A stretch of DNA of 64,000 nucleotides from Vicugna vicugna (taxonomy: Eukaryota). Position numbers and translations under genes: made by a program. Positions 37,099-50,337 of this stretch are shown one piece after another; within the stretch, counting starts at the first letter, position 1; each line of letters begins with the position of its first letter. Under the pieces are notes generated by a model, which was not told where the DNA came from, ran no database searches, and worked only from the letters and a program-made list of their open reading frames with translations. The stretch spans positions 3,449,502-3,513,501 of the forward strand of contig MU058059.1 in assembly GCA_013265495.1 (NCBI GenBank), read 5' to 3'.

Positions 37099-37128
<30 letters not shown>
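37099..37128 (+). repeat. (GT)15 microsatellite
   Basis: Perfect GT run. Confidence 0.95.
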
Positions 37129-37131
<3 letters not shown>

Positions 37132-37181
37132 CAGCGGTTGCTAAATATGTCACAGTGGTTGCTTAATAATACGTCAACTTG

Positions 37182-39277
37182 CATGATACTATGTATAGAA
37201 AACCCTAAAAGGTCCACACAAAAAGTACTAGAGCTAATGAAGAATTTAGCAAGGTAGCAGGTTACAAGATTAACATACAAAAATCAGTTGCATTTCTTTA
37301 CACTAATGATGAATCAACAGGAAAAAAGGTAAAGAAACAATCCCCTTTAAAATAGCACCCAAAGTAATAAAATACCTAGGAATAAATCTAACCAAATAAT
37401 GATGAAAGGAAAAAAGGTAAAGAAACAATCCCCTTTAAAATAGCACCCAAAGTAATAAAATACCTAGGAATAAATCTAACCAAGGAAGTGAGAGACTTAT
37501 ACACAGAAAACTATAAAATACTGATTAAGAAAATTAAAGAAGACAAAAAAATGGAAAGATATCCCATGCTCCTGGATTGGAAGAATCAATATTGTCAAAA
37601 TGGTCATACTGACCAAGGCAATCTACAGATATAATGCAATCCCTATCAAATACCCAGGACATATTTCACAGAACTAGAACAAATCATAATAAAATTTATA
37701 TGGAACCACAAAAGACCTAGAATTGCCAAAGCATTACTGAAGAAAAAGAAAGAGGCTGGAGAAATAACTCTCCCAGACTTCAGACAATATTACAGAGCTA
37801 CAGTCATCAAGACAGCATGGTATTGGTACCAAAACAGACATATAGACCAATGGAACAGAATAGAGAGCCCAGAAATGAACCCACAAACTTTTGGTCAACT
37901 AATCTTAGACAAAGGAGGCAAGACTATACAATGGAATAAAGACAGTTCCTTCAGCAAATGGTGTTGGGAAAACTGGACAGCAGCATGTAAATCAATGAAG
38001 CTAGAACACTTCCTTACACCATATACAAAAATAAACTCAAAATGGATCAAAGAACATAAGACAAGATACAATAAACCTCCTAGAAGAAAACATAGGCAAA
38101 ACATTATCTCACATACATTTCAAAAATGTTCTCCTAGGACAGTCTACCCAAGCAATAGAAATGAAAGCAAGAATAAACAAATGGGACCTAGTGAAACTTA
38201 CAAGCTTCTGTACAGCAAAGGAAACCATAAACAAATGACAACCTACAGAATGGGAGAAAATTTTTGCAGATGAAATTGACAAAGGCTTGATCTCCAGAAT
38301 ATATAAGCATCTTATACAACTTAATAAGAAAAAACCAAACAACTCAATCCACAAATGGCCAGAAGACCTAAACAAGCAATTCTCCAAGGAAGAAATACAA
38401 ATGATCAATAGGCACATGAAAAAATGCTCAATATCACTAACTATCAGAGAAATGCAAATCAAAACTACAATGAGGTATCATCTCACACCAGCCAGAATGG
38501 CCATCATTCAAAAATCCACAAATGACCAATGCTGGAGAGGCTGTGGAGAAAAGGGACCCCTCCTACACTGCTGGGGGGAGTTCAGTTTGGTGCAGCCACT
38601 GTGGAAAACAGCATGAAGATGCCTCAAAAGACTAGAAATAGACTTACCATATGACCCAGTAATCTGGGTATATATCCAGAAGGAACCCTCCTTCAAAAAG
38701 ACACCTGCATCCCAATGTTCATAGCAGCACTATTTACAATAGCCAAGACATGGAAATAGCCTAAATATCCATCAACAGATGACTGGATAAAGAAGATGTG
38801 GTACATTTATACAATGGAATACTATTCAGCCATAAAAATGACAACATAACACCATTTGCAGCAACATGGATGTCCCCGGAGAATGTAATTCTAAGTGAAG
38901 TAAGCCAGAAAGAGAAAGAAAAATACTATGTGAGATCGCTCATATGTGGAATCAAAAAAAAAAACCCCAACATAAATACAAAACAGAAACAGACTCATAG
39001 ACATAGAATACTAACTTGTGGTTTCCAAGGTGGGTGGGAAGGGACAGACTGGGAGTTCGAAATTTGTAGATACTGATAGGCATATGCAGAATAGATAAAC
39101 AAGATTATACTTTATAGAATAGGGAAGTATATACAAGATCTTGTGGTACCTCACAATGAAAAAGAATGCGACAATGAATATATGTATGTTCATGTAACTG
39201 AAAAATTGTGCTCTACACTGGAAATTGACACAATATTGCAAACTGACTATAACTCAATAAAAAAAATGTTAAAAATA
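37182..39277 (+). mobile_element. Young 5'-truncated LINE-1 (~2.1 kb; frameshifted ORF2 RT-to-C-terminus plus 3' UTR) with TSD
   Basis: ORFs 37875..38273 (FSKWCWENW...[13 protein letters not shown]) and 38287..38616 ([26 protein letters not shown]); TSD AATACGTCAACTTG 37168-37181 / AATATGTCAACTTG 39278-39291. Confidence 0.97.
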
Positions 39278-39371
39278 AATATGTCAACTTGGCTAAACAG
39301 AATTACATTTTCCAGAATTCCCTTCCCAGTAGATCTCATCTTGGGGCTGGACACGAGAAATCTGTCACAGA

Positions 39372-39861
39372 TTTTTTTCCCTTCTTCTTCTTTCTTTTTT
39401 TAGATTCCATATATAAGGGATACCATATAATATTTGTCTTTGACTTACTTCACTTAATATGATAATCTCTAGGCCCATCCATGTTGCTGCAAATGGCATT
39501 ATTTCATTCTTTTTTTGTGGCTGAGCAGTATTCCATTGTGTATATATACCACATCTTCTTTATCCAGTCATGTGTCAATGGACATTTAGGTTGCTTCCAA
39601 GTCTTGTCTATTGTATATAGTGTTGCTATGAACATTGGGGTGCATGTTTCTTTTCAAATTAGAGTTTTCTCTGGATATAAGCCCAGGAGTGGGATTGCTG
39701 GATCATATGGTAAGTCTATTTTTAGCTTTTTAAGGAACCTCCATACTGTCCTCCATAGTGGCTGCACCAATTTACATTCCCACCAGCAGTGTAGGAGGGT
39801 TCCCTTTTCTTCACACCCTCTCCAGCATTTATTATTTTGACTTTTGATGACGGCCATTCTG
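39372..39861 (-). mobile_element. LINE-1 ORF2 C-terminal fragment
   Basis: ORF 39654..40085 ends [49 protein letters not shown]. Confidence 0.95.
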
Positions 39862-42294
39862 AGGGGGCTGGGTCTGTGGCAGATTTTGAAGCAGCCGCAC
39901 TGGCTCTCTGACGCCAGGCAGGCCAGGCTGCTGGAGCTCATGCACGTGCTGTGCACCTGCCGCTCGCCTGCTGGTGTAGGTGCAGAGTCCCCAAGTTCCT
40001 GCAGGTTCTTGTCCTTCAGCTTCTCCAAATTCTGAGCCAGGGCTGAGAAGAGAGTCGGAGGGGTCCCTGCTGTACCCCATTCCACACATGTCTCTCCTCC
40101 CCTGCAGTGGCCCTGTGACTTCAGGCTTAATACCAGGTGCAGAACACAGAGCCGCAGAGAGACTCAAGCCAGCTCCTACCAGGGAGTAAGGTCAAATCTC
40201 TGGACGTGGATCCTTATTCTACATCATTTCTAGTGGTTCTGCCTCTTCAGCTGAGTCCTGACTGGTACACATAGACACATATCACACATACGTACGTATA
40301 CATGACCATATATATGCACATGTGTATTTACACATACATGCATGCATGTATGTATGTATGCCCTGCTACATATGTAACTAATTTCAAGACAATACTAACA
40401 TCATTGCTATCAATATCAATCTAGTTTAAGATTTCTTTGTGATTGTTTTTGTACCCAGAATTATATATTGGATAAAATACCTTTCTTCCATGATGTGAAA
40501 TGCCACTTGCTTCGTACACTAAATTTTCGTTTCTTTGAGTCTTATCTGGACTTGATGACATTCTGGCCCTTTGACGTCTCTATTCAAGTGTCAGTTGCAC
40601 ACAGGTTTACTCTCTGCAGCTGCCTAATATACCTTAATATTTGACATGTCCCGCTCCTCTTATTTTTTATATCTCAGCTTTTTCCTGGTCATGATTGTTT
40701 ATCTGTCCCATTAAATTTAGAACCAGCTACTTAACTTTTAAATAGTCCTGTTAATATTTTTATTGGTTCTATCAGTTTTGATCATTTAAGTTTTCTTAGA
40801 AAATTATTCTATACACATTAAAATTTTTTTCACACAAATCTCACAAGTTAACTGTGCGCTATTCCCCTACTCTTTCCTAATGAGATGGCGTTTAATTACC
40901 TTTCTTTTCTTGCTTACATCTGTCCAAGATTGTCTGTTGCTTTCAGAGCTCTGGATTTTTCTATCAAATGTATTATTTTATGTTCTAATTTATTCATTTT
41001 TACTTTTGACTCTATGATTTCTTTCCTTTACTCTCCTTAGAGAAAAAGAAATTAAAAGAAAAAGTGATTCTGTATGAGAAAATGTGTTTTCATTGTAAAA
41101 GTGTTTTTTTCATCCCTTCACTGAGTAATTTTTGATGTCTGCTATTTTCTGAGGTAGATACTAGACAAGAAGAAAATAAAAATACCCTTTTTATAGGGAA
41201 ATAGAAATCACTCCAGCATATAAATGCTATCAGATTCACAGGAATACTCTTCTGGAAATTCTAAACCTGCACTGGCAGACCCTGCCTTCTCTCTGGCTCT
41301 GTTTATCACCACCTGGTGGCCTCCCCAGCTACGGCCTCTCTATCATCAGTGGAATGACAGAGCTCTCAGAATCGCAGTTAATAATTCACACGCATTGGCC
41401 TGAGATGCCTGGGTCACTGCTCTCTCACACTGGCGTCTCCACACCTGCGCTGCCTCTAAAACCACGTCCGTGAGGAAAAGGGCCTTAGAGTCAACAGGAC
41501 ATGCAGTTTTCCAGCTCCCAAGAAAAGGTAAGTGTATACTAACAAAAGGAACAGCCCATCCACATGGCACTCCCTGCTTCTACGTTAAGTGTACACTTCC
41601 TCAAACAATTTAACCGTCTCTCTTATGGGTGGTAAATGGATGTCAACCAGAAGTAAAACTTCCTCTTGAGACATCATAAAGCAGTAAAAGATGTCCCTTT
41701 CATCTCTGAGTTTCTGTAACACAGGTGGTTCCTTTTCACTGCTCAGCACAGCACAGTGGACCGACAAAGGCCTGCTGGTGAGCGTCACTGCCATCTGATG
41801 TCAGAGGTTAGAAACCACCCAGGGGCTCTCCGATCCCTCTGGGCCTGGACATGGGGAGTTCAGGGAAGAGAACGGCTCCAGTCCCAGATCCCTTGGCCTC
41901 TGCTCCTCTTGAAATATCTCACTTCCTGATCTGAAACACCATGGCAATCATAATATTGGTAGGTACTATTATTGTATTGAGTATTAACGGTGATAACATA
42001 TGTAAAGTGCTCCATGCTGGACCGGTATATCACATTTAATAAGTGTAAGCTTAAAATTTTAAAACATTTAACAGATACCTGCACACCCAGAATCTTCAAC
42101 TCTTCTAGGGTCATAGTGTCCCTGGGTTTCTAGAATTAGATGGTAAAGAACACAGAGCAGTTTTGGATCACAGAATTTTAGGTGCTTTAAACTTATCTCA
42201 TGAAACCAGTGGGGCTGCAGCATTCTACCTAAGCAGTGTTTACAGGTAATCAGAGTAATGAAATCAGAATTTTGAAAATTCTTTATATAAGCTA

Positions 42295-45200
42295 TCTGCA
42301 AGTCATTTATCAGTTACATGATTATAAATATTTTCTCCCAGTCTGTGGCTTATCTTTTCATTTGCTTAACAATGTCTTTTGAAGTGTGGAAGTTTTTAAT
42401 TCTGCAAAAATCTAATTTATCAATTTTTTCTTTAGCAAGACATGACTCAGACGTTGTATCAAAAAAATCTTTACATTAACTCAAAGTTACAAAAGTTTTA
42501 TTCTATTTGTTCCTAGAAGTTTAGTAATTTTAGGTTTTACATTTAGGCCTATGACCCATCTTGAGTAAATTCTTATATATGGTGTGAAGTATGAAATGAA
42601 GTTCTTTTTTTAATGTGGGTATCCAATTGTTTCAATATCATTTGTTGAAAAGATCATTTTCTTCTCTGAATTGCCATTGTATCTTTGTCAAAAATCAGTT
42701 GTTCATATACATATTTCGGTCTATTTCTGGACTCTTTTGTTTTACTGAACTGTCTGTCTATTTTTATGCCAATTCTTTGCTGCTTTCATTGCAGTAGTTA
42801 TAAAAGAAGTCTTCAAATCAAGTAGCGTTAAGACCTCCAATTTTCTTTTCTTCTTTAAAGTTGTTTTGGCTACATACGTTCTTTGTATCTCCATGTAAAG
42901 TTTAGAATCAGCTTCTCAATTTCTACCAAAAAAATGTGTTGGGATTTTGATTGGGATTACGCTGAATCTGAGATAAATCTGCGGAGGACTGACATCTTAC
43001 CAACACTGAGTCTTCCAGCAAATGAACAAAATATACCTCGCATTTGTTTCAGTCGTAATTAATTTCTCTCAATGTTTTGTAGTTCACAGGTCTTGCACAT
43101 CTTTTGTCAAATTTATCCTTAAGAATTTCATAATTTTCGATGTTATTGTAAACTGTATTTAAAATTTTCAGTTTCTACTTGTTGCTGGTACATAGAAATA
43201 CAACTGACTTTTAAATATTAATCTTGCCTCTTGCAACTCGCTAAACTTACTCAGTAGTTTTAGCAGATTCCTTCTGATTGTCTACAGAGATAATCAAGTT
43301 ACCTGTAAAGAAAGAGTTTTACTTGTTTCCTTCCAATCTGGCTATGTTTATTTTTATTTTATATTTTTCCTTTATCACACTGGCTGGAATATCAATATGC
43401 TTATTGAATAGAAGTTGTAAAAGCATAAATCCTTGTTTTACCCTAACCTTCGGGAGAAAGACTTTAGTCTTTCACTATTATGTATGTTAGGCTAAGGACA
43501 TTTTCTTATGGCCTTAGTCTACCAAGAGTTTTTAAAATCAGGAATGGATGTGATATATTACTTCTTGAAGGTGAACTGTGGTAAGCTGAGTATGTCAGTT
43601 GGTTCATTGTGTTTTTCAAGTCTTCTGCAACCTTACTGATTTTTTGGTCTACTTTTTCTACCAATTATTGAGAGAGGGTTGTTGGAATCTCTGGCTATAA
43701 TTTGTCTATTTCTCTTTGTAATTCTATCAGTTTTTATTTCAGTTTTCAACTCTGTAATTATGTGCCTCAACATTTAATATTATTCTGTCCTCTTTGTGAA
43801 CTGACCCTTTATCATCATGAAATAAACTTTTTCTCTGGTAGTAGTCTTGCTCTGAAATTTACTTTGTCCAATATTAATATAGCTGCTCAATCTTTCTTTT
43901 GACTAGCACAGCATATCTTTTCCCATTATTTTACTCTTAACACTTTGTGTTTTTAAAGTGTTTGTTATAGGCAGCATATAGTTGAATCTTGGTTTTTGTT
44001 TTCTTTTAATCCAATCTGAAATTTCTGCTTTTGAATCAGGGTGTTTAGATCATTTATATTTAATGTGATTACCAAAATATTTGGTTAAATTTATCATCTA
44101 TTTTGTTTTCTATTTGACTTATTGTTTTCTTTGTTCCTTCTTCTTTCTCTTCTGCCTTCTTTTGGATTAACTGAATAATTTTTATTTTTGTGGGGGTTTT
44201 TTGGCGGAGGATTAGTTTTTTAAAAATTTAATTTATTTAGTTATTTTAATGATGGTACTGGGGGTTGAACCCAGGACCTGGTGCATGCTAAGCATGTGCT
44301 CTACCACTGAGCTATATCCTTCCCGCTAACTGGGTAATTTTTATGATTCCATTTTATCTCCTTTGTTGGCTTATTACCTGTAATTCTTGTATTATTTAAG
44401 TAGTTGCTTTAGGGTTTATAGTACTCAACTTTAACTTATCACAATCCACCTTCAAGTGCTATCACACCGCTGCGCGGACAGTACTGCAGTAGTACATGTC
44501 TCTCTCTCCCCTTCAGGTGCCATTATACGGCTGTATGCATATACATCTATCTCTCCCCTCAAACTGTGTGTCCTTGTCATCATACATTTTGCTTTTATGT
44601 GTTATATTTCCTGCACTACATTGTTCTCATTTTTGTTTAAAGACCCAATTATCTTTAAAATATATTTAAAGAAAAAATACATACTTATTCATGAAATAAA
44701 CCATATCTGGTGCTGTCTATTCCTTTGTGTAGATTCAAATTTCTACCTGGTATCATTTTTTTTAACCTAAAAAAGCACTTTTTATTATGGAAAATTTCAG
44801 AGTATGCAAAAGAGAATGGTATAGTGAACCTCCATGTATCCATTACTCAGTTTCAATGATTACCAACAGTTTTGTGCCATTTTTGTTTTCTAGCATGTGC
44901 ATGTGTTATATGTTAAAACAAATAAATACAATTACAAAAATAGCCATACTACAGAACTATGGAGACAAAATCTTTGGTCGGAGGCCCAGGAATCTGCATG
45001 CTAACAAACTTCTTGCCCAGCTGGTATCATTTTCCTTTTGTTTGAAGGGCTTCCTTTATGATTTCTGGTGCTGTAAATGCACTCGTGATGCTGTCTTTCA
45101 GCTTTTGTATGTCTGAAGATGTCTTTATTTCACCTTCATTTTTAAGAGATACTATCACCGAGTATAGAATTCTGGGTTGGTAACTTTTTCTTTCAGTGTT

Positions 45201-46750
45201 CTCAAGAGCCTTCTTAAGTTTAAACTTCCCCACACTGTGTTCCAAATAAAGTCAGTTCCTTCGGGGAGTTTCAGAGCTCTCGGTCCTTATGGCCTGACTA
45301 TTCCAATGATCAGATTCTCTGAGTCCCTGCTCCAGAGCTGGGGGCAGGGACAATGGTTGCTTTATGAACAGGTTGTGGACAGGGGTGGTAGCCTCTGGTC
45401 TTCCCAGCTTGCCCCTCGACATCAAACCTCTGTCCTATGAGCATACAAAGGCAAGGCAGGGGCTCTAGTGTTCTCAGCCTGCCATGCATAGGGTAGAGTC
45501 TCCATCCTATGAGTTGGGTGGCGGGGAGTAAGGAAGCCCCTGACCTCTTGCTGCGCTCACCGGGAACTCTGCCTTTGGAACATGGTGCTGGGGTAGGAGA
45601 TGAGAAATGCTGGCAACTTTCCCCTCCCAGAGAGATGCCATAGCCCCTGACCTGGAGCTCCTCGGCCACAGCTGCTCAGAAAGAAGCTCCCACTCTGTTG
45701 AGCTGAGGGGAGGGAGGGAACAGCTCTGGCTCCAGTGCCACAAGCTCTCACTGTTCTTGCTGAGATTGAGTGGGTTTTCTGGAATAAATGCTTCTTAATT
45801 TGCTGCATGCCCTTAAGACAATTTCCAGAAACTTTAAAGGGTCATTGAAAAGATCAATTTTCCCTAGTTATGGTTGTTCCAGTAGAAAATGGATCCATGG
45901 AGTCCCCATGTCACCTTTCTGGGAGTCAACCCACTCTGTTCATGTTTAAAAATTCTTTTCCTCTGGGTTTCATTTTTGATCATTTCTCTTACTATGTCTT
46001 CAAGTTCAGTAATATTTTCCTGTGTGATGTCTAATCTGCCTTTAACCTCACTCAGTGAATTTTTTGCTTCAGACATAGCAATTTTCATCTGTATAAGCTT
46101 TATTTGGGTCTTTTTGGTATCTTCCTTGACTCTACTACTCAATTATTTGAATATATATAGCACAGTTGTAATAATTTTAATGTAAATAATTTAAATAATT
46201 ATTTTAATGTCCTTATCTCCTAATTTTAACATCTGGGTCACTTTTAATTGATGGATTTTTCTCCTCATTATAAGTTTTATTTTCCTGGGTTTTTTGTTTG
46301 TTTGTTTAACTAGTAATTTTTTATTGGATGTCAGACTTTGGGTGCTGACTACTTTTGTATTCCCATAAAGATTTTTCAGCTTTGTTCTGGAACACAGTTA
46401 AGTTACTCAGAAACAACTTAGTTCTCTCAGGTCTTGCTTTCTGGGTTAATCTGGCAGGACCAGACTAGTGTTCAGTCCCCTGAACAAGGAATCCACCAGG
46501 CTTTGCCTATATTCCCTCCTCTGCACCGTCGTCTGGAAACAGTCTGTTTCCACAGAATGGGACACTCATAGGACTCATCTAATTTGTTTCTCATCTCTTA
46601 GGGGTCACTGTCCTTTATTGCCTGAGTGTCTTGAAACATTTTTTAAAAATCCAGTTTCTTTTTTTTGGTGGTGGCGGGTTAGGGCGCTGTTTTAGACAGG
46701 AACATAAATCTGGTCCCTGTTACTTCATCTTGGCCAGAAGCAGAAATCTA
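42295..46750 (-). mobile_element. Large old LINE-1 remnant(s) with ORF2 and ORF1 fragments
   Basis: ORF1-like peptides YQPRILYSVIVSLKNEGEIKTSSDIQKL (45027..45245) and coiled-coil KNSLSEVKGRLDITQENITELED (45864..46142); ORF2-like antisense sequence at 42.3-43.5 kb. Confidence 0.85.
44183..44325 (-). mobile_element. tRNA-Ala-derived SINE (Vic-1-like) inserted in L1, with TSD
   Basis: GGTACTGGGGGTTGAACCCAGGACC...ACTGAGCTATATCC; TSD TAACTGAATAATTTT 44168-44182 / TAACTGGGTAATTTT 44327-44341. Confidence 0.93.
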
Positions 46751-48263
46751 GAACTCCTTTGTTAATTTCTACATTTCTCTCTGAATCCAGTAAATGAAAC
46801 CATATTAAATCTACATGCTAATAACAAAATTAAAAAGTATACATTGTAAGGTTCTTTTATGTATAAACGAGAAAAGCATCTGGATACACACATTATTTAC
46901 AGACATTAAAAATCAAACGCAATAGCTGCTCCAGATAAATTCTAACTTCTCCCAGTAGTTTGCCCTTTGCGGAAAGATCTCCAAAGCCAAAGGAAGAAAA
47001 AGGATACAGTGATCACTTAGAACATTCAAGAAAAACAAGCATGTCTGTCCCAAACTTCCTCCTCATTTGTGGTGCCATCTCTAGCCCTCTCTCTCTCTCA
47101 CTCTCCTTCTTTCCTTTCCTCCCTTGAAAACTGCAGTATCTAAACTGGCTTTAGAACAAAAAGGAAGACTAGTTGAAGTGTTTATGCTAGTAGCGGAAAA
47201 TTTGGTTTTACTTAAAGAGGTACCATTTAAGTAAAATTATACTGAAAAAATAACACATTCAGTATTTCAAAATGTTCCTGTTTCAAAACCCAAACAAAAG
47301 CCTTTGAATACTCAGCTTTCATAGTTCTGTTTTTACCAGACGCTGGAAAACATTGAAACCAAACCAATCCCTCAGAAATGTGTTCCTAACCACAACTCCA
47401 TGTAGGCAGACAGACAGAGTTTATGTCAGTTCCCGGAAAAGACCGGCTTAGGAGCTACATTTAACTCTTTCACCTCCTTTGTTCCTTGGTTCCTGGTCTG
47501 CACCTCTTCTTCAGAGGGAGTGAGGGCCAGTGTCACACACATCCCTTCTCTTCCCGCCTCTGTTCTGATTGTGCTTGGGGTTCTGCAGGGTCTGCCCTGA
47601 CTCGTCCCTTCCCAACTCTGTCCAGAAAACTCGGGTCTCCCTGGGTTCTCTCCATGGCGACCTGACTCAAGCTGAGGCAGAGGCTGAGCAGGCAAACTGT
47701 GCCCTCTGTGCTCTACTCCGGGGCTCCTCTCATTGTCCCCGGCCCTCAGTGCTCTGTCCAGGGGATGCCTCCTCATCATGGCCAGGCTGCGGTGAGAGGA
47801 GGCTGAGATCCAGCCTCTCCATTTGTGTGTGGTTATCACCGAAGCAGGTATATTTCAGGGGTGCTGGGCTGGTCCAGTCCTGCTGTGCGGATGGGGCAGG
47901 CAGAGAGGCCCAGCCCGCAGATAGAAAGGAGAACAAAGCAGATGTGCCAACAGAAGCAAGAAGGAAGGTCCAGCTGACTTTGTTCCTTTCACGTCCAGTC
48001 CCTTCCTGAGTCCCATGTGTCCCCACGTCCACATTATGCGACATCCCTGAAGCTGTTCAGTCAACATCTCCCCGTAGCTACCAGTTTTCTCTGACTTGAG
48101 GCAGCTCCCAAGTTGGTTCCTATTATGCAACACAAAACTGCTCCAAGATCTGCTTCATTTCAATGTGATCTTGGATTATTAAAAAAAAAAAATCCATGAA
48201 AATTGCTGGAGGAATCTTACTGATGTAGTAATTTTTATATTTTGACAGTTGTGTGTTAAGAGA

Positions 48264-48548
48264 AGTGCTGTCCAATACAGATATAATGTGAAGTACATAT
48301 GCCATTTTAAATTACCTAGTAATTCCCCTTAAAAAAGTAAAAACAGGTTCAATTCATTTTAATAATGTTAGGTATTATATATACTATAGCTCATTTCAAC
48401 ATGTAATCAATAAAAAATTAAAAGATTTCTAATTCTTTTTTTCTTACTAAGTCTTCAAGATCTTGTGTATTTCATACAGTTTATCTCAGTTTGGACTAGC
48501 CACATCTCACATGTTCAGCAGCCACGCATGATCAGAGGCTACTGGGCA
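48264..48548. mobile_element. MER33-like hAT-Charlie element
   Basis: GTGCTGTCCAATA...TTTCAACATGTAATCAATA...TTGGACTAGCCACAT. Confidence 0.8.
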
Positions 48549-48599
48549 GGAGGATTCTGGTGGCTTTAACTGACAGGAATGACTTTCATAGTGTGCATC

Positions 48600-48935
48600 T
48601 AAGAACACTAATGAATTCATCTACAAAGCAAACAGACTCACAGACACAGTAAACAATCTTATGGTTACTGGGGAAAGAGGGTGGGAAGGGATAAATTTGA
48701 TTTGCAAATGTTAGCCACTATACATAAAAATAAATAAAAAACAAATTTCTTCTGTATAATACGGGGAACTATGTTCACTATCTTGTAATAACTTTAACGA
48801 AAAAAATATGAAAATGAATACGTGCATGTATATGCATGACTGGGACATTGTGTTGTACACCAGAAATCGACACATTGTAACTGACTATACTTCATTAAAA
48901 ATCAATCAATCAATGAAATAAAATAACATAAAACA
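48600..48935 (+). mobile_element. Young LINE-1 3' UTR
   Basis: Near-identical in layout to 3400-3720 (AAACAATCTTATGGTTACT...GTAACTGACTATACTTCA). Confidence 0.92.
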
Positions 48936-49109
48936 AAATGCCATAGCAAACTGACAGACATTATTTTAGGGGAAGTGGGGCCCATGGTGACCTTCATGTG
49001 ATACCATAATGCAGAGGAAGGCACCTCTACTCCTTCATAAGGTAGACCCTCTACCGAGAGGGGACTTACCCAAAACTAAGAAGACGACGGAGGATAGCAA
49101 TGAGGGCAT

Positions 49110-50010
49110 TCATTATTGGTTCAAAAGAGTATCAATTGTATGTCTATTACCTAGGATTATGCTGGGAGTTAAAGTTATATAAATAAAAACATTTTCCACA
49201 TTCATGGACATTACCATTTTTGGAGGGAGAGAAATACTTATCAGAACCACACAAATAAATGTGCTAAATGCACTGGAGGAAAGGCAGGCAGAACAATGAG
49301 AGCAGACCCTGGGACTGGAGCTGGTCTGGAGTTTGGGAAAGCTCCGCTGGGGTGAGGAGATTTGAGCTTAAATATGAAAAGATATGAGAATGCTTAGAAG
49401 CAAAAAGGAGGACACCCCAGGATAGGGACCATGTGCCAGGGTAATAGGAGACAGGGCACACCCAGGCACCTGGGAGACTGAGGTGTGGATGTGAGAAGGG
49501 GTCCAGCCCAGGGCAAGGGCCAGGTCACACCCAAGGTGTTAGACCACGTGACACATGTTGGTCTTTATCCCAAGAGCACTGGGAAACCAGTGTTGGGTTT
49601 GAAGCAAGGGGCACCATGTAATCAGGTTTCAGTTTTGAAAAATCGTCCTGATTACAGTGCAGAAAGCATCCTGAGCAGGGCAAGAGGTGTCTGAGGGGAG
49701 ACTGGTCAGGATGCCAGTGCCATAACCTCAACAGGAGATCGTGGTGGCGCTGCCACGTGGTGGCAGGAGAGGTGGAGAAGATGACGACTTTGAGAAACGT
49801 TGGGAAGGGAAAACAGACAGCTCTTTGTCAAGGCAGGCAGTGCACGGTTCCAATTCTTGCACTAGAATGAGAGTAAGACCGCACTTGGAGAGAAAGATCA
49901 TGTAGTTTTAGGGACCCAAGAGACAAGCCAGGCGGCACTGCTGGGTAGGTAGGTAGACATGAGTCTGGAGCTCAGAGGAAATGTCAAAACTGAAGACGAC
50001 TTTGAAATCA
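49110..50010 (-). mobile_element. L2 LINE
   Basis: TGGTCTTTATCCCAAGAGCACTGGGAAACCAG..GGGTTTGAAGCA; GAGTCTGGAGCTCAGAGG. Confidence 0.7.
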
Positions 50011-50337
50011 TCTGTGTGCACCCCATCCTCCAGCCTCCTGCCTCAGAGAGTCAAGCTCAAGTGGTTCTGCACACGTCTTCATCTCCCCAGTCCTTCTCCC
50101 TCTCCCCTTTGCCTAGGGACTCCCTAACTTTTCCTTTAGATTCCAGACCATCTGTCACTTCCTCAGGGTTACCTTTCCTCACCCCCATGCCTTTTGTAGA
50201 CCCTTACAGCACCATATAGCTCACCTACGTGGTACTTGGAGCAATTACCAACTGCAGTTTCACCTTTATTTGCATCCTCACTTGATTAACAACTGTCTTT
50301 GTCACTAGAAGATAAGAACAGGACCAAGGACCAAGTC

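Larger units (their letters stand above)
37150..40269 (+). mobile_element. LTR33-like (ERVL) LTR split by two L1 insertions
   Basis: Rejoined GTCAACTTGGCTAAAC..TACATTTTCCAGAATTCCCTTCCC; ends TAGTGGTTCTGCCTCT..CCTGACTGGTACA. Confidence 0.7.

Noticed and set aside
37875..39076. L1 ORF2 peptides as an active or domesticated gene
   Set aside because: 5'-truncated with multiple frameshifts and stops; an ordinary dead L1 copy
49749..49765. CTCF-like GCTGCCACGTGGTGGCA
   Set aside because: Mismatch at a core position and it lies inside an L2 fragment
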